From Thermofilum pendens Hrk 5 (GTDB lineage: Archaea > Thermoproteota > Thermoprotei > Thermofilales > Thermofilaceae), in the NCBI RefSeq assembly GCF_000015225.1, contig NC_008698.1, positions 960,001 through 992,000 on the forward strand: DNA of 32,000 nt, in the 5' to 3' direction. Position numbers and translations under genes: made by a program. How positions within the stretch are numbered: position 1 is the stretch's first letter; every line of letters starts with the position of its first letter. Shown piece by piece: positions 29,824-32,000 of the stretch. The notes under the pieces are model-generated. The model was not told the DNA's origin. It was given only the letters and a program-made list of their open reading frames with translations, and made no database searches.

Positions 29824-30714
29824 ATGAGGTGCGCGAAGGCGTGGAGCCCCGCCGGGCTAAGCGGGCTCTTCGAAACCCACATAGTGGAAGGCGACTACCT
29901 GGCGACGGGGGCTAGGGGGGCGGGGCTAGCGCTGAAGAAAGGAGTCCTCGTCGAAGCGTGCCTGACGGGCGGCGAAGGGGTAAGGGTAGAGGTCAGCAAC
30001 GGAGTTAGGATCATGCCGACCGTGGAGACCGTGGCGCGCGACCTTTTGGCGAGGGCGGGGCTGAGCGGGGGGCTAGAGGTCAGGGTTGACGTATCGGTCC
30101 CCGTGGGCGGAGGCCTGGGGACTAGCGGTGCGAGCGCGCTCGCAACGGCTCTAGCGCTGGGCAAGCTCCTCGGGTTAAAGCTCGGCTACATGGAGCTCGC
30201 GAGGGTCGCCCACGTAGCGGAGGTAAAGAACAGGACGGGCCTGGGGACGGTATCGGGGCTAGTGGTGGGAGGCGCCGTCGTAGTCCTGAAGCCCGGGGCC
30301 CCGGGCTTCGACGCTGTAGACAGGATACTCTTCGACGACGTAAAGGTCGTAGTGGGCTTCTTCGGCGCGGTGCCGAAGCCCAGCATACTCTCCTCGAAGA
30401 ACCTCGCGGAGATAGACCGGGTGGGGAGAAGGCTCGTAGACGAGCTAGCCCGAGAAATGACTATCGAGAAGTTCGCCGAGGTCTCCAAGAGGTTCTCGCT
30501 CGAAACCGGGCTCGCGACGCCCAACGTGAGGAAAGCCTTCAAGCTCGCAGAAGAACTGGGGGCGGTGGGCGCCGGGCAGGCACAGATAGGGGACACGGCG
30601 TTCCTCCTGGTCTACGAGGACAAGGTGGAGCGAGCCTCGCGCGCCCTCTCGGAGATGGGCGCAAGGGTCGTTGTCTCGGAGATAAGCTGGGAGCCTGCGC
30701 ACGTGCTCGCGTAG
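29824..30714 (+). CDS. Archaeal pantoate kinase (GHMP kinase superfamily).
   Basis: GHMP motif 2 is [20 protein letters not shown]. The N-terminus [12 protein letters not shown] resembles the pantoate-kinase HITGFF region. Size is 296 aa. Confidence 0.75.
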   Translation: MRCAKAWSPAGLSGLFETHIVEGDYLATGARGAGLALKKGVLVEACLTGGEGVRVEVSNGVRIMPTVETVARDLLARAGLSGGLEVRVDVSVPVGGGLGTSGASALATALALGKLLGLKLGYMELARVAHVAEVKNRTGLGTVSGLVVGGAVVVLKPGAPGFDAVDRILFDDVKVVVGFFGAVPKPSILSSKNLAEIDRVGRRLVDELAREMTIEKFAEVSKRFSLETGLATPNVRKAFKLAEELGAVGAGQAQIGDTAFLLVYEDKVERASRALSEMGARVVVSEISWEPAHVLA

Positions 30715-30805
30715 CGAAAGCCTTTTTTCCCTCGGCGGGCTACTTAAGGAGAGGTGGTCTGCCATCGCTGTTGGTAGCGGTGTTTCGGGGCGTGGCCAGC
30801 GCCTC

Positions 30806-31078
30806 GTGAGGGCGCACATATACGTCTCGGGTCTCGTTCAAGGGGTGTTCTTCAGGGCGTCGATGCAGGAGGTGGCGAGGAGCCTCGGCGTGAACGGCTG
30901 GGTCCGCAACCTGCCGGACGGGAGGGTGGAGGCTGTGCTGGAAGGCGAGGAGGGCGCGGTTCTCAAGGTCATCGAGTGGGCGAGGCGGGGACCGCCGCTG
31001 GCTAGGGTGGAGCGCGTGGACGTCGAGTGGGAGGAGTACAGGGGAGAGTTCAGGGACTTCTACATCAAGTACAGGTGA
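30806..31078 (+). CDS. acyP: Acylphosphatase
   Basis: 90 aa, with [41 protein letters not shown]. Confidence 0.9.
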   Translation: MRAHIYVSGLVQGVFFRASMQEVARSLGVNGWVRNLPDGRVEAVLEGEEGAVLKVIEWARRGPPLARVERVDVEWEEYRGEFRDFYIKYR

Positions 31079-31093
31079 CGCGGTATTAGGGAG

Positions 31094-32000
31094 TTGCACA
31101 GCGTCGGCAGGGTTCTCGGGGAGGTTTCCGGCCTCCTCTCCCGGCCGCCCGCAGAGAGCGTGCCGGTCCTCGACTCTCTCGGTAGGTACTCCGCCGAGAC
31201 CGTAGTGTCGTCCTTCAAGCTCCCCCCTGCCCCGAAGAGCGTGGTAGACGGCTACGCCGTCAGAGCTGAAGACGTGGAGCCCGCGTCTCCGGGCGCCCCG
31301 GTTACCCTGAGGTTGCTGGAAGGAGTCCTGAGGCCCGGCTCAACCGAGGGGTTCGAGTTGCCGAGGGGCTCCGCGGTAAGGGTTGAGACGGGCGCTCTTC
31401 TACCGGTGGGCGCGGACGCCGTCGTGCCCGTCGAGGACGCCTTGGAGGAGGACGGCAGGGTCCACCTGTTCAGGAGGGTCGCGAGGTACGAGAACGTCTC
31501 CCTGCCGGGCGAGGAGTACGAGGAGGGAGTCCCCATAGTTAGGGTGGGCGACCGCATCCAGCCGCACCACCTCTCGGCCCTCGTGCTCGAGGGGAGGAGC
31601 CACGTGAACGTGTTCAGAGTCGAGGCGAGCATCCTCAACGTGGGCGACGAGATAGTGGGGGGCACGTACTTCAGGCCGTTCACGCACTTCCTCGTAGCCT
31701 CCTGGCTGAGGAGCCTGGGCTTCAGGGTGACCGACGTCTCCGTGGCCCCCGACTCCCCCGAGGCAGTGGCGGAGTGGGCGGGGAGCAGGGGTGAGTGGCT
31801 CGTCGTGATCCTAGGCGGGACCTCGATGGGTGGGCACGACTTCACCGTTAAGGCGCTCGAATCCCTAGGGCCCGAGTACATCGTGCACGGGCTCGCGCTT
31901 CAACCGGGCAAAACGGCTTGCGTAGCCGTGAAGGGCGGCCGCCTCTACCTCGCAGCTAGCGGGCTCCCCGTGGCAGCCCTCTCCACGCTCGAGGTCTTCC
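31094..32000 (+). CDS. moeA: Molybdopterin molybdenumtransferase MoeA; N-terminal ~300 aa, continuing beyond the window end.
   Basis: My translation from TTG 31094 gives LHSVGRVLGEVSGLL...PAPKSVVDGYAVRAEDV...VRVETGALLPVGADAVVPVED...ILNVGDEIV...VILGGTSMGGHDF...LALQPGKT. It is not in the ORF track because it is open at the window edge. The 209-aa minus-strand ORF at 31252-31881 is an antisense shadow. Confidence 0.85.
   Translation, partial: MHSVGRVLGEVSGLLSRPPAESVPVLDSLGRYSAETVVSSFKLPPAPKSVVDGYAVRAEDVEPASPGAPVTLRLLEGVLRPGSTEGFELPRGSAVRVETGALLPVGADAVVPVEDALEEDGRVHLFRRVARYENVSLPGEEYEEGVPIVRVGDRIQPHHLSALVLEGRSHVNVFRVEASILNVGDEIVGGTYFRPFTHFLVASWLRSLGFRVTDVSVAPDSPEAVAEWAGSRGEWLVVILGGTSMGGHDFTVKALESLGPEYIVHGLALQPGKTACVAVKGGRLYLAASGLPVAALSTLEVF

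Noticed and set aside
31252-31881. 209-aa minus-strand ORF.
   Set aside because: It is antisense to the MoeA reading frame, which carries clear MoeA motifs. Its Ser/Thr/Pro-rich composition is that of a shadow ORF.
1-32000. CRISPR arrays, tRNA/rRNA genes and IS elements.
   Set aside because: I scanned all intergenic gaps longer than 50 bp. There are no regularly spaced direct repeats, no cloverleaf-compatible sequences, no rRNA-like stretches and no terminal inverted repeats flanking a transposase-like ORF.

Overview
This is a high-GC (about 60% by eye) archaeal chromosomal segment. Crenarchaeal hallmarks include ribosomal protein S25e, RadA, archaeal-type pantoate kinase and ApgM. AT-rich TATA-like boxes sit 25-35 nt upstream of many start codons, which suggests leaderless mRNAs. 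GTG/TTG starts are frequent and gene packing is extreme, with 4-nt start/stop and stop/stop overlaps. I call about 40 protein genes and one candidate C/D box sRNA. I found no rRNA, tRNA, CRISPR array, integrase or transposase. Most content is housekeeping: Lhr-type helicase, S25e, RadA, Tmk, AlaX, NadE, ApgM, heme O synthase, MenA-like prenyltransferase, Nudix, AcyP, MoeA, pantoate kinase and transporters. Two loci are not explained by housekeeping and are my best candidates for an undescribed system. (A) 5828-8575, minus strand, is a tightly coupled five-gene operon: wHTH regulator, P-loop-less RecA-core-like protein, a second full-length RadA paralog, a RecB/Cas4-like PD-(D/E)xK nuclease, and a DUF4234-like membrane protein. 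It lies only 3 kb from the canonical radA. (B) 13412-17039, plus strand, has two paralogous zinc-ribbon/C-terminal-TM proteins, a 171-aa all-helical protein, and an SPFH (COG4260-type) protein with a C-terminal double zinc ribbon. This resembles the bacterial PspA-YdjGHI membrane-stress module but lacks a recognisable PspA. Other oddities follow. A geranylgeranyl-reductase-like gene has its FAD motif stranded between an in-frame TGA and the first canonical start codon. A PurM-superfamily domain is fused to a ThiN domain. Tmk carries an N-terminal zinc ribbon. A membrane-anchored single-HKD PLD/Nuc-like protein lies in an AT-richer patch. Convergent gene ends repeatedly overlap their stop codons in CTAG. 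All calls rest on my own reading of motifs; no database search was possible.
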